DNA of 64,000 nucleotides. Source: an uncultured Gemmatimonadales bacterium. Its GTDB lineage: Bacteria > Gemmatimonadota > Gemmatimonadetes > Gemmatimonadales > GWC2-71-9. The DNA lies in NCBI GenBank assembly GCA_963828735.1, contig CAWHFW010000004.1, positions 1-64,000 of the forward strand, in the 5' to 3' direction. A model generated the notes under the pieces. That model did not search any database and had not been told where the DNA came from. It was given only the letters and a program-made list of their open reading frames with translations. Numbering within the stretch: the stretch's first letter is position 1; the number at the start of each line of letters is the position of its first letter. Positions 47,533-57,108 of the stretch are shown here, piece by piece. The translations under genes were made by a program, and so were the position numbers.

Positions 47533-49431
47533 ATGACACTCCTGTCCGCCATTCGCTCGCCCGCCGACCTCAAGCGGCTGCGCCGGGATCAGCTGCCGCA
47601 GCTTGCGCAGGAGATCCGCGACCGACTGATCGAGTGCGTCTCCCTTACGGGCGGCCATATCGGCGCGAGCCTCGGCGTCGTGGAGCTCTGCATCGCACTG
47701 CTCTACGAGTTCGATTCCCCCGGGGACAAGATGGTCTGGGACGTGGGGCACCAGGCCTACGCCTGGAAGCTGCTCACGGGCCGGAACGACGAGTTCCCGA
47801 CGCTCCGCCAGCGCGACGGCGTGTCGGGATTTCTCAAGCGCACCGAGAGCGAGCACGACCAGTTCGGGGCGGGGCATGCCGGGACCGCGATGTCCGCGGC
47901 GCTCGGCATGGCCACCGCCCGCGACCTCAAGGGCGAGGGCCACAAGGTCGTCGCCATCGTCGGTGACGGCGCGCTCACCTGCGGCCTCTCGTACGAGGGC
48001 ATGAACAACGCGGGGCACTCCGACCGCGACATCATCCTGATCGTCAACGACAACGGGATGTCCATCTCTCCCAACGTCGGCGCGATCAGCACCACGCTCG
48101 GCCGGATCGTGGCTGACCCCCGCACCAACCGGGTGCGCGAGAAGATCAAGGGGCTGACCATCGCGCTGGGCGGCGTCTTCGGCGAGGGCGTGGTGGACTT
48201 CGCCAAGAACGTCGAAGAGAGCGTCAAGAACCTCTTCTCGCCGGGGATGCTGTTCGAGGAGCTCGGCTTCCGTTACTTCGGGCCGATCGATGGGCACGAC
48301 CTCCCCAAGCTCTGCGATACGCTTCGGTTCGTCCGCGGCATGACCGGGCCCCGGGTGATCCACGTGATGACCCAGAAGGGCAAGGGCTTCGGCTTCGCCG
48401 AGAACAACCAGGAGAAGTGGCACGGCCTGGCGGCCTACGACCCCGTCACCGGCGAGGCGCGAAAGAAGGCGAGTGGCCCTCCGGCGTGGACGCAGGTCTT
48501 CGGCGACGGACTCACGGCGCTCGGGGTCGAGCACCCCGAGCTCGTCGCGATCACCGCGGCGATGCCGAGCGGGACCGGCACGAACATCTTCCAGAAGAAA
48601 TTTCCCGAGCGGTTCTTCGACGTGGGGATCGCGGAGGGCCACGCCGTCACCTTCGCGGGCGGGCTCGCGACGCAGGGCATCCGGCCGGTGGTCGCGATCT
48701 ACAGCACGTTCCTCCAGCGCGCCTACGACAACGTCATCCACGACATCGCCGTGCAGCACTTGCCCGTGATCTTCTGCATGGACCGCGCGGGACTCGTCGG
48801 AGAGGACGGCCAGACCCACATGGGCCTGTACGACATCGCCTACATGCTCGCGGTGCCCGGTATGACCGTGACGGCGCCGAAGGACGGCGACGAGCTGATC
48901 GGCCTCCTGCGGACGGCGCTCGACCACACCGACGGGCCGTTCTGCACCCGCTACCCGCGGGACAAGGCCCCGGCCGATCCGCGGCCCGCGGCGGAGATCC
49001 CGCCGGTCCCATACGGGACCTGGGAGCGGCTCCGGGGTGGGAAGGACGTGGCCATTCTGGCGGTGGGCACGATGGTACCGCCCGCACAGCACGCCGCGGA
49101 GCTGCTCGCAGCCGATGGGATCGATTGCGCCGTCATCAATGCGCGCTTCCTCAAGCCGCTCGACCATTCCATGCTCGAGCTGCTGCTCCAGGAGCACCGC
49201 ACGATCGTGACGGTGGAAGAGGGCACCATCGTCAACGGCTTCGGCGCGTACGTCGCCGAGACGCTCCAGACGACGCACCCCGAGGTGCGGGTCGTCGCCC
49301 TCGGCGTGCCCGACCGGCTGATCGAGCAGGCGCCCCGCGCCGAGCAGCTCGAGCTCCACGGCCTCACCGCCGCCGGCATCGCCCGCCGGATCACCGCGCT
49401 GCAGCACGAGGAGAGCCTCGAGGCGCGATGA
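47533..49431 (+). CDS. dxs: 1-deoxy-D-xylulose-5-phosphate synthase
   Basis: WDVGHQAY, GDGALT...NDN, DVGIAEGHA, YSTFLQRAYD, DRAGLVGEDG. Confidence 0.97.
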   Translation: MTLLSAIRSPADLKRLRRDQLPQLAQEIRDRLIECVSLTGGHIGASLGVVELCIALLYEFDSPGDKMVWDVGHQAYAWKLLTGRNDEFPTLRQRDGVSGFLKRTESEHDQFGAGHAGTAMSAALGMATARDLKGEGHKVVAIVGDGALTCGLSYEGMNNAGHSDRDIILIVNDNGMSISPNVGAISTTLGRIVADPRTNRVREKIKGLTIALGGVFGEGVVDFAKNVEESVKNLFSPGMLFEELGFRYFGPIDGHDLPKLCDTLRFVRGMTGPRVIHVMTQKGKGFGFAENNQEKWHGLAAYDPVTGEARKKASGPPAWTQVFGDGLTALGVEHPELVAITAAMPSGTGTNIFQKKFPERFFDVGIAEGHAVTFAGGLATQGIRPVVAIYSTFLQRAYDNVIHDIAVQHLPVIFCMDRAGLVGEDGQTHMGLYDIAYMLAVPGMTVTAPKDGDELIGLLRTALDHTDGPFCTRYPRDKAPADPRPAAEIPPVPYGTWERLRGGKDVAILAVGTMVPPAQHAAELLAADGIDCAVINARFLKPLDHSMLELLLQEHRTIVTVEEGTIVNGFGAYVAETLQTTHPEVRVVALGVPDRLIEQAPRAEQLELHGLTAAGIARRITALQHEESLEAR

Positions 49432-50297
49432 AGGTCGGCGTCGTCGGCAACCCGCGGTACCGCGATCTCAAGGCGGTCCTCGAGCACGTCGCCCGCCAGG
49501 CGCCGTACCGCGGCATCGAGCTGTGCAGCGAGCAGCGGCTGGGCGAGTTCTGGCCGCGCGACATCGCTCCGTTGGAGGGCGCAGAGCTCGACGCGCTCCT
49601 AACCTTCGGGGGCGACGGCACCTTGCTCCGCGGCGCCCGTCTAACCGCGGGGCGCGAGATCCCCATTCTCGGCGTCAACCTCGGCCGGGTCGGCTTCCTG
49701 ACCACGGCCACCCGCGAGACGCTCGAGCCCGCGCTCGACGCGCTGGTGGCGGGCCGCTACGTGATCGAGCGCCGGCAGGCGCTGCAGGCGGCGATCAAGG
49801 ACGGCAACGGCGACCACCGGGTGAGCCAGCTGGCGGTCAACGACGTGGCGGTGCACAAGGGGGGCGTCGCGCGTGTGGTGCGCGTGAACGTGTTCATCCA
49901 GGGCGAGAACGTGGGGCCGTACAGCGCCGACGGCATCATCGTGGCGACGCCGACGGGATCGACGGCGTACAGCCTGAGCGCGGGCGGCCCCATCGTCGTG
50001 CCTGGGGTCGAGGCGCTCATCGTGACGCCGATCGCCGCGCACACGCTGGCCGTTCGTCCGCTCGTGGTTCCGGCGACGTACCGCGTCGTCATCGAGCCCA
50101 TGGCGGGTTGGGCCGACGACCTGCTGGTCTCGTTCGACGGGCAGTCCGGCAGCACGCTCGCGCCGGGTGAGAGCGTGGACGTCCGCCGCGCCGACCACCG
50201 CGTCTGCCTCATCCGCCTCGGCGGCGACGGATTCTTCAGCCGGATGCGGCAGAAGCTGCACTGGGGAGATCTGTCGGAGCGGGAGGCCGTGCGGTAA
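49428..50297 (+). CDS. nadK: NAD kinase
   Basis: GGDGTLL, GVNLGRVGFL, ND, TPTGSTAYSLSAGGP. Confidence 0.95.
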   Translation: MKVGVVGNPRYRDLKAVLEHVARQAPYRGIELCSEQRLGEFWPRDIAPLEGAELDALLTFGGDGTLLRGARLTAGREIPILGVNLGRVGFLTTATRETLEPALDALVAGRYVIERRQALQAAIKDGNGDHRVSQLAVNDVAVHKGGVARVVRVNVFIQGENVGPYSADGIIVATPTGSTAYSLSAGGPIVVPGVEALIVTPIAAHTLAVRPLVVPATYRVVIEPMAGWADDLLVSFDGQSGSTLAPGESVDVRRADHRVCLIRLGGDGFFSRMRQKLHWGDLSEREAVR

Positions 50298-50428
50298 GCC
50301 GGCGCGAGGTGGCCACGGGTCGGTTGCCTCCCCTCGTATGACCATCCCGATCACTCCATGGAGCATGACGCTCGCGCCGGCACCCTCGGACGGTCGGGAC
50401 CGGCATTCACTCCGTTAGCTTCAACTCG

Positions 50429-52111
50429 ATGCTCACCGAACTTCGCGTTCGCGACCTCGCCACCATCGCCGACGTCACCCTCCAGCTCGGCCCCGGCCTC
50501 AATGTGCTGACCGGCGAGACCGGAGCCGGCAAGTCGATGCTCGTCGACGCCCTCGCGCTGCTCCTCGGCGAGCGGGCCGAAAGCAGCAGCGTGCGGCCCG
50601 GTGCATCCAAGGCCATCGTCGAAGGGGCGTTCGAGGGCCTGGACGCGCGCACCCGCCGCGCGGTCGAGGCGCTGGGGCTCGACGTCGAGGACGCGCGAGT
50701 CGTCGTGCGGCGGGAAGTGTCCAGCGAAGGGCGGTCGCGCGCCTGGGTCAGCGGAAGCCCCACCACCGCCGCCGTCCTCGGGCAGCTCGGCGCTCTGCTG
50801 GTCGATCTCCACGGCCAGCATGAGACCCAATCCCTTCTCCGGCCGGACGCCCAGCGCGACATCCTGGACGCGTTCGCCCACGCGGACGCGGAGCGCAACG
50901 CGGTGGCCGAGGCATACGCGGCGCTGACCGCGCTCCGAGGCGAGGAGGCGACGCTTGCCGCCCGTCGTGACGAGGTCCGGCGCCGGGCCGATTACCTGCG
51001 CCACGTCGTCCGCGAGATCGAGCAGGCGAGACTCAGGCCCGGCGAGGATGAAGCTCTCCAGCACGAGGCGCGACGCCTGAGCCAGGCCGGCGCGCTCGGC
51101 GAGCTGGCGCAGCGCCTGGTGGACGCGGTCGAAGCCGGCGAAGGCAACGCGCTCGGCGCCCTGGGCACGGCCGACCGCGCGCTCTCCGGCCTGGAGAAGG
51201 CCGATCCCGAGGTGGGCGCCTGGCGCGAGATGCTGGATGCGGCGTACACCAATCTGAGTGAGCTCGCCCGTCAGGCGGCGGCGTACGCCGACGAGGTCGA
51301 AGAGAATCCCGAACGCCTGGCCGAGGTCGAGCAGCGTCGCGACGTGATCTTCAAGCTCACCGGCAAGTACGGGGCGACCATCGAGGCAGTCCTGGCCACG
51401 CGCGACGAGAGCGCGGCCGAGCTCGACCTGCTCGATACGGCCGACGTGGATCTCCGGGCACTCGCGGCCCGGCGCACGGCCGCGGAAGGGGCGCTCCGGT
51501 CGGCCGCCGAGGCGCTCTCGGGCAAGAGGAAGGAAGCCGCCGAACGTCTGGCGCGCGGGGTCAATCGACTGTTGCCACAACTGGGCCTGCCCGGTGGTAA
51601 GCTCCTGGTTTCCCTTGCGCCGCTGCCCGAGCCCGCCTCGCATGGCCAGGAGAGCGTGCAGTTCGACGTGCGGCTCAACGTGGGGCTCGAGGCCAAGCCG
51701 CTCGGGCGCGTCGTGTCGGGGGGCGAGCTCTCGAGACTCATGCTCGCGCTCAAGGTGGTGCTGGCGCGGCACGACGCGATCGCGACGCTGGTGTTCGACG
51801 AAGTGGACCAGGGGATCGGCGGGGAAGTCGGCGCGCAGGTGGGAGCGGCGCTGGCGGAGGTGGCGGAGCGGCACCAGGTGCTCGTGATCACGCACCTGCC
51901 GCAGATCGCGGCGCGGGCCGATCGGCATCTGGTGGTGAGCAAGGAGGCGCGGGGAGGGATCGCCACCAGCGACGCGCAGGCGATCCACGGCGAGGACAGG
52001 GTGAGCGAGGTAGCGCGGATGCTGGGGGATGCGGAAGGGGATGCGGCGCGGCGGCACGCGCAGGCGCTGCTGCGGAAGGAGTCGAAGCCCGCTCAGAACA
52101 GGCCGAAGTAG
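50429..52111 (+). CDS. recN: DNA repair protein RecN
   Basis: TGETGAGKS, DLHGQH, SGGELSRLML, FDEVDQG, ITHLPQIAA. Confidence 0.97.
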   Translation: MLTELRVRDLATIADVTLQLGPGLNVLTGETGAGKSMLVDALALLLGERAESSSVRPGASKAIVEGAFEGLDARTRRAVEALGLDVEDARVVVRREVSSEGRSRAWVSGSPTTAAVLGQLGALLVDLHGQHETQSLLRPDAQRDILDAFAHADAERNAVAEAYAALTALRGEEATLAARRDEVRRRADYLRHVVREIEQARLRPGEDEALQHEARRLSQAGALGELAQRLVDAVEAGEGNALGALGTADRALSGLEKADPEVGAWREMLDAAYTNLSELARQAAAYADEVEENPERLAEVEQRRDVIFKLTGKYGATIEAVLATRDESAAELDLLDTADVDLRALAARRTAAEGALRSAAEALSGKRKEAAERLARGVNRLLPQLGLPGGKLLVSLAPLPEPASHGQESVQFDVRLNVGLEAKPLGRVVSGGELSRLMLALKVVLARHDAIATLVFDEVDQGIGGEVGAQVGAALAEVAERHQVLVITHLPQIAARADRHLVVSKEARGGIATSDAQAIHGEDRVSEVARMLGDAEGDAARRHAQALLRKESKPAQNRPK

Positions 52112-53634
52112 ATCCGGAACCGCGCCCGCATCGACTGCCGGTCCGCCACGATCCCACCCGTCGTCCGCACGACCCGCTCGTAGTTCCAGCTCGCGTCGAT
52201 CGGCAACCCGGTCCCGCCGGGACGAAGCCGGCCCATACTGCTGTAGGTCACGCCGAACCCGACCGTGGCCGCGGTGGCTTTGCTGTCTTCGGCGAGGACC
52301 GACGCGTCCACGCCCGGGATCTCGTCCTCGGCCGTGAGGTAGGAGACATCGTCCTCGCCCCGCGACCAGTAGCCGGCGGAGGCCTGGAGCGCAAACGAGG
52401 GCACGAGCCGGAAAAAGGGGCGGAACGCCACGCCCACGACGTCGCCGGGATCGCGGTGCACCGCGCTCAGCCGGTCGATCCCCGCGAGCGGTTGGGTCGG
52501 CGGCGCGACCCGGAGGACGTAGTCCGCCGCGAGCTGGCGGTTGTACAGCCCTTCGGCCCGGAATCCCCAGCGGCCCGAGCCGACGTCGGCCGTGATGCGC
52601 AGTTCGACGTCGGTCTGGCCGTCGCCCGTGCCGAGCGCCAGCACCCGGTCGGGTGGGGCGAGCCGGCCCGTCGGAAAGCGCACGAGGCCCTCCACCGCGG
52701 CCCGGAAGCCGCCGCGATGTTGCTCGCGATCCCAGTGATCCGTCAGCGTCAGCGCCAATCCCGCCTCGGCGTCGCCACGAAACGTGATCTTGCTGCCCCC
52801 GGGGCGGAGGCCGAGCCCGGTGGGATCGCTCAGCGCCGAGACGAACGCCTCGCTGGTCGCGAGGGCGTCGGGGAGTGCCGGCGTCGTGGTGAACCCGGAA
52901 ACGCCGAAGTCGCTCGCGAGCGTGGTCTGCAGGTCGGTCACGCGGGTCGAGATTGCCTGGCCGGCGGTGCTGGTCGCGATCGGCACGAAGGGCGCCGCCG
53001 TCGTCGGGTCGGCGAGCAACCCGAAGAGATCCTCGCGGAGCGCCGTCCCCGCGTCGAGCGTGGTCTGGGCGCGCGCCTTGAGCGCGGGGTCGCCATCGAA
53101 GTCCCCGGCCGAGATGCGTCCCGAGAGCGTCGTGAGCGAAGCGTCGAACTCTGCGAAGAAGGTCGCCTGCGCGACACCGTCGGCGGCGGTGCCGCCGTCC
53201 GCGCCCGGGGTGGCGTGGAGATCGTAGTGGATCTCGGTCTGCACCTCCACGAGTGGAAGCCGGCCGAAGATCGTGAGGGCTCGTGTGAGGCCAAGCGCGA
53301 GTCCCAGGTACCCGCGGGTGTCCGACGACCGGGCGTCGGAGGCAAGCTCGCCTAGATTGATCCGGTAACCCGAGAGACCGGTGATCCGGCCGATGCGCGC
53401 GTCGGCGTCGGCGAGTGCGGGGATGAGATCGCTGCCCGCGGCAGGGCTGCTGAGATCCGTGGCGAGGGGTTCGCGCTCACCGTCGAGCCAGCGGTGGTCC
53501 CAGGTGGCCGTCGAGCCGTCGAGGTCCACGCGGAGGACACCGGCGGGCGCGCCCACCGGCGCCAGCTGGGCGCGGACCGCCGACGGCACGAGCAGGCAGA
53601 GGACGACCGCCAGGCGTCGCGCGCAATACCCCAC
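52093..53634 (-). CDS. Exported, probable outer-membrane beta-barrel protein
   Basis: Signal peptide (RRLAVVLCLLVPSAVRA-Q), 'VRFPTG...LGTGDGQTD' MetA-pathway/transporter-like motif, aromatic C-terminus RFRIYFGLF. Start approximate. Confidence 0.65.
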   Translation of the reverse strand: MGYCARRLAVVLCLLVPSAVRAQLAPVGAPAGVLRVDLDGSTATWDHRWLDGEREPLATDLSSPAAGSDLIPALADADARIGRITGLSGYRINLGELASDARSSDTRGYLGLALGLTRALTIFGRLPLVEVQTEIHYDLHATPGADGGTAADGVAQATFFAEFDASLTTLSGRISAGDFDGDPALKARAQTTLDAGTALREDLFGLLADPTTAAPFVPIATSTAGQAISTRVTDLQTTLASDFGVSGFTTTPALPDALATSEAFVSALSDPTGLGLRPGGSKITFRGDAEAGLALTLTDHWDREQHRGGFRAAVEGLVRFPTGRLAPPDRVLALGTGDGQTDVELRITADVGSGRWGFRAEGLYNRQLAADYVLRVAPPTQPLAGIDRLSAVHRDPGDVVGVAFRPFFRLVPSFALQASAGYWSRGEDDVSYLTAEDEIPGVDASVLAEDSKATAATVGFGVTYSSMGRLRPGGTGLPIDASWNYERVVRTTGGIVADRQSMRARFRIYFGLF

Positions 53635-53661
53635 ATTCCCTCCCGAGAGAAGTCGTCCGGC

Positions 53662-54822
53662 GTGCACACATTGTCGGTCGCGAGACTCGCAAGTTCGCAG
53701 TTTACCGCCGCCTTTGCCACCCGGCCGGCGGTGGGCGCCTCCGCGCCGGGGCGCGTGAATCTGCTCGGGGAGCATACCGATTACAACGGTGGACCGGTCC
53801 TCCCGATCGCGCTGGAGCGGCGCCTCGCGGTGATGGCGGGTCCCGCGCCTGATTGGGAGGCGGTGTCATCGCTCGACGGCTCGGTCCACCAGCTGGACGT
53901 CGCCGGTCCGCTCAGGGGAGCGTGGACGGACTATCTGGTCGGCGTCGTGCGCGAGCTCCACGCTGTGGGCTCGGCTCCGCGCGGGGCGCGCGTGTCGGTC
54001 GCCGGAACGGTGCCGGTGGGCGCCGGGCTCTCATCATCTGCCGCCCTGACCGTGGCGGCGACGCGCGCCCTGAGCTTGCTCGCGGGCCGCCCCCTCGAGC
54101 CCGCCGACCTCGTCGAGGTGGCGTTCAGGGCGGAGCACGACCAGGTCGGCGTGCGATGTGGCCGGATGGACCAGACGATCGCGGTCCACGCGCGGCGTGG
54201 CACCGCCCTCCTCTACGAGACCGCGCTCGGCACCCTTCGATCACTGCCCTTTCCGGGGCGCGTGTGGGTCGTGGATACCGGGGTGTCCCACGCGCTGGCC
54301 GACGGGCAGCTCAACCAGCGGCGCCGCGAATGTGAGTCGGCGCTCGAGCGCTGTCGTGCGTGGCGGCCCGGGCTTCGTGCCCTGGCGGAGTTGGCGCCTG
54401 CCGATCTTCCCGAGGTCGCGCGACGGCTGCCGCCGTCCCTGATGGCGCGCGTACGCCACGTGGTCACCGAGACGGCGCGGACCCGCGAGGCCGCTGTCGC
54501 CCTCGCCGCAACCGATCTGGCAGCCGTGGGCCGCCTCCTCCTCGAGGGGCATGCCTCGCTCCGCGACGACTACGACTCGACGGTCCCGGAGGCCGACGCC
54601 CTGGTGGAGCATGCGATGGCCCTTGGCGCCCATGGGGCCAGACTCACGGGCGCGGGGTGGGGTGGCGCCGTCGTCATGCTGCTTCCTCCCGGACGGGAGG
54701 CGTCGATCATCGCGGAGCTGAAGCGCGCATTCGTCGACCGGTTCGGGCGCGAGCCGACGGCGTGGAGCTCGCGAGCCGCGGCGGGGGCCCGGCGGGAGGC
54801 GCTTCCAGCCATCGCGCGGTAG
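53662..54822 (+). CDS. galK: Galactokinase
   Basis: APGRVNLLGEHTDYNGG, PVGAGLSSSA, CGRMDQ, ARLTGAGWGG. Start approximate. Confidence 0.9.
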   Translation: MHTLSVARLASSQFTAAFATRPAVGASAPGRVNLLGEHTDYNGGPVLPIALERRLAVMAGPAPDWEAVSSLDGSVHQLDVAGPLRGAWTDYLVGVVRELHAVGSAPRGARVSVAGTVPVGAGLSSSAALTVAATRALSLLAGRPLEPADLVEVAFRAEHDQVGVRCGRMDQTIAVHARRGTALLYETALGTLRSLPFPGRVWVVDTGVSHALADGQLNQRRRECESALERCRAWRPGLRALAELAPADLPEVARRLPPSLMARVRHVVTETARTREAAVALAATDLAAVGRLLLEGHASLRDDYDSTVPEADALVEHAMALGAHGARLTGAGWGGAVVMLLPPGREASIIAELKRAFVDRFGREPTAWSSRAAAGARREALPAIAR

Positions 54823-54838
54823 ATTCCTCTGGCCGTCC

Positions 54839-54922
54839 GCCCGGGTGGCGAAACTGGTAGACGCTTGGGACTTAAAATCCTTTGGCCCTCGGGCCGTGTG
54901 GGTTCGAATCCCACCCCGGGCA
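54839..54922 (+). tRNA. tRNA-Leu (anticodon TAA), CCA not encoded
   Basis: GCCCGGG/CCCGGGC acceptor, GGCGAAACTGGTAGACGC D arm, GGA-CT TAA AA-TCC anticodon arm, long variable arm, GGTTCGAATCC. Confidence 0.94.
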
Positions 54923-55033
54923 CTTTCCGACCTTCCTTCCGGTGACCTGCATCACACGCCCGCTTGGCTGGGGCGCCTTACCTTGCGCTGAATCGTTCGC
55001 CCACTCGCTTGTCACTCTTTCGAGGCTGGTTCA

Positions 55034-55450
55034 GTGCCCGCTCCGCTTGCTTCGATTGGCCCAACGATTCTGGTGGTGGACGACGAACGTGTCGCTCGAC
55101 GCCTGCTCTACCGAGTGCTCACCGCGGAGGGCTATCGTGTGTTCGAGGCGGCGACGGCCGAAGAGGCGCTCAATGTCCTCGACATGGCGCACTGGTATGT
55201 CCACCTGATCATGCTGGACGTCGTCATGCCGTCCGTGGACGGGGTTCAGTTGGGAAGACACATCCTCCAACGCTGGCCCTCGCTCCGTCTCATGTATATG
55301 TCCGCGTATCCGGCGGAGATCCTCGTGCAGCACGGCCTCACCGACCCGCAGGTGCACTTTCTCGCCAAACCGTTCACCCACGACGACCTCATGGCCAAGG
55401 TTGCCATCGCGACCGATCGCCGTGAAGAAGGTGCGCGGGGTCACGGTTGA
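55034..55450 (+). CDS. Stand-alone response regulator receiver
   Basis: ILVVDDE, MLDVVMP, MSAY, FLAKPFT. Confidence 0.88.
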   Translation: MPAPLASIGPTILVVDDERVARRLLYRVLTAEGYRVFEAATAEEALNVLDMAHWYVHLIMLDVVMPSVDGVQLGRHILQRWPSLRLMYMSAYPAEILVQHGLTDPQVHFLAKPFTHDDLMAKVAIATDRREEGARGHG

Positions 55451-55684
55451 GCACACGGCCCCGCGCAATATTCGATTGACCTCAACGCGGACCCGCGATG
55501 CCGACCGTTCACGATCTGCACCTGCGCTCCTCCCTCCGGCACGCGAACGATTCGGGTGAGCTCCCAGATTCGAACCCGCTCGGAAACCGACGGCCCGGCG
55601 AGACGTCCGGCGAGCGGCGGATACGCCTGCTGCGCACCGTGCTCGGCGACCTGCGCGGGCAGCCGGGGCCCTGACCAGGATCGA

Positions 55685-56008
55685 TCAGCGAGGGTCCCGC
55701 TCGATCTCGCGCAGCTCGTAATGCGCCGATCGGGCGTCGAACCTCGCGAGCAGGCGCCGCGCGGCGGGTGGCACGACGGCGGCCTCATAGTCGTCGCCGG
55801 CGAATGAGCGGACGGCGTCCACGGACTCGAACCGCATGACGGTCACGAACTCGACCTCGTGCTCGAGCGTCCGCCTGAGCAGCTCGATGCCGCGATACCC
55901 CGCGATGTCCCGCTGCGCGATCGCCTGAAAGATCTCCTCCCTCAATAGTCGCTCGTAGGCGTGTGCGTTCGCGGGCGTCGTCCACCCGTGCCACATGCGG
56001 ACGATCAC
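55685..56008 (-). CDS. Antibiotic biosynthesis monooxygenase (ABM)-like protein
   Basis: MIVRMWHGWT...YERLL...EFVT...FAGDDYEAAVVP. Confidence 0.8.
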   Translation of the reverse strand: MIVRMWHGWTTPANAHAYERLLREEIFQAIAQRDIAGYRGIELLRRTLEHEVEFVTVMRFESVDAVRSFAGDDYEAAVVPPAARRLLARFDARSAHYELREIERDPR

Positions 56009-56505
56009 ACCCGCTCCGCGGGCGCCGCGCCGAACGCTTCACGCGCCGCGGCGATGCGTTCGTGCTCGATCATCGCGTGCTGGGCCTCGGTACGCGCCGC
56101 TCTCGCAGCCAGGGGCAGGCCGGAGAGTCGCGGATCGTGCGGCTCGAGCTCGGCCAGCGCCCGAAACAGGGCGAGCTTCCCCTGCAGGCCCAGGGCGAGG
56201 GATTCGAGCGCCTCCAGCAACTCGAGGTGTGGGTGAGTGCGGCCGGTGAGGGCCAACCGGCCCTCGGTCGCCTTCTCCGTCACCCACGCGGCGGCCTGTG
56301 CCAGACGACGCTCCCCCGCCTTCGCCCGATCAAGGATGTCGCGGAGAAGCTGCTGGTCCTCGCGCACCTCCTCCGCGAGCTCGCGGAGCTGCGCGCCGAG
56401 CGGCGTGCTCGCCGCCCGCTCGCTCAGGGCGTCCATCAGGTTGAGACCGGCGATCGAGCCGGCGAGGTGATCGTTTACGTAGATGGCCAGCGGGTCGGCG
56501 GGCAT
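56005..56505 (-). CDS. Conserved hypothetical helical-bundle protein
   Basis: IYVNDHLAGS...LESLALGLQGK, SD GAGGAGG, GTGA overlap with the ABM gene. Confidence 0.75.
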   Translation of the reverse strand: MPADPLAIYVNDHLAGSIAGLNLMDALSERAASTPLGAQLRELAEEVREDQQLLRDILDRAKAGERRLAQAAAWVTEKATEGRLALTGRTHPHLELLEALESLALGLQGKLALFRALAELEPHDPRLSGLPLAARAARTEAQHAMIEHERIAAAREAFGAAPAERV

Positions 56506-56723
56506 GGTCCCTCCTCAGGTGTGTGGACAAGGCTCGAATGTAGATGGGGTCAGCGCGCGGACTGTGACGCATGCCCCTTCCCGCGACCCTCGGCTCGTGT
56601 GGAATTGAAAGAGATACATTTGAATCGGATCCCCGAGGTTGCTTCGGCGAGTCGGGCCGGGCCGTGCCCCGAGCCGCAGGTGCGGGGCGAGGGTCGGGAT
56701 CCTGGGCCCGGGAGGAGAGCCGC

Positions 56724-57017
56724 ATGGCCGCGTATGTGATCGTGGACATCGAGATCCGGGATCCGGTGATGTACGAGGAATACCGGCGCATGGCGCCGCC
56801 ATCGATCGCCGTATACGGCGGCCGCTACATCGTCCGGGGCGGCGAGGTCGACGTGCTGGAGGGCGACTGGCGCCCGCCGCGACTCGTCGTCCTCGAGTTT
56901 CCGACGATCGAACGAGCGCGGGCCTGGTGGTCCTCCGCCGAGTATGCGCCTGCAAAAGCGATTCGGCAGGCGTGCGCTGACGCCGAGATGGTCGTGGTCG
57001 CTGGAATCGACGGGTGA
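56724..57017 (+). CDS. DUF1330 family protein
   Basis: MAAYVI...YGGRYIVRGG...LEG...VLEFP...W..S.EY, SD GGAGGAG. Confidence 0.88.
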   Translation: MAAYVIVDIEIRDPVMYEEYRRMAPPSIAVYGGRYIVRGGEVDVLEGDWRPPRLVVLEFPTIERARAWWSSAEYAPAKAIRQACADAEMVVVAGIDG

Positions 57018-57108
57018 CGGCCGCGGCCTGCGTGCGCCACCCGATTAGGTTGTCTGAGAATGGCATCCCCGCGATCGGAGTGTCACCGCGCACCGTCGGA
57101 GAACCGAG

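Noticed and set aside
55451..55684. Possible small gene or pseudogene between the receiver and ABM genes
   Set aside because: No convincing start, SD or motif.
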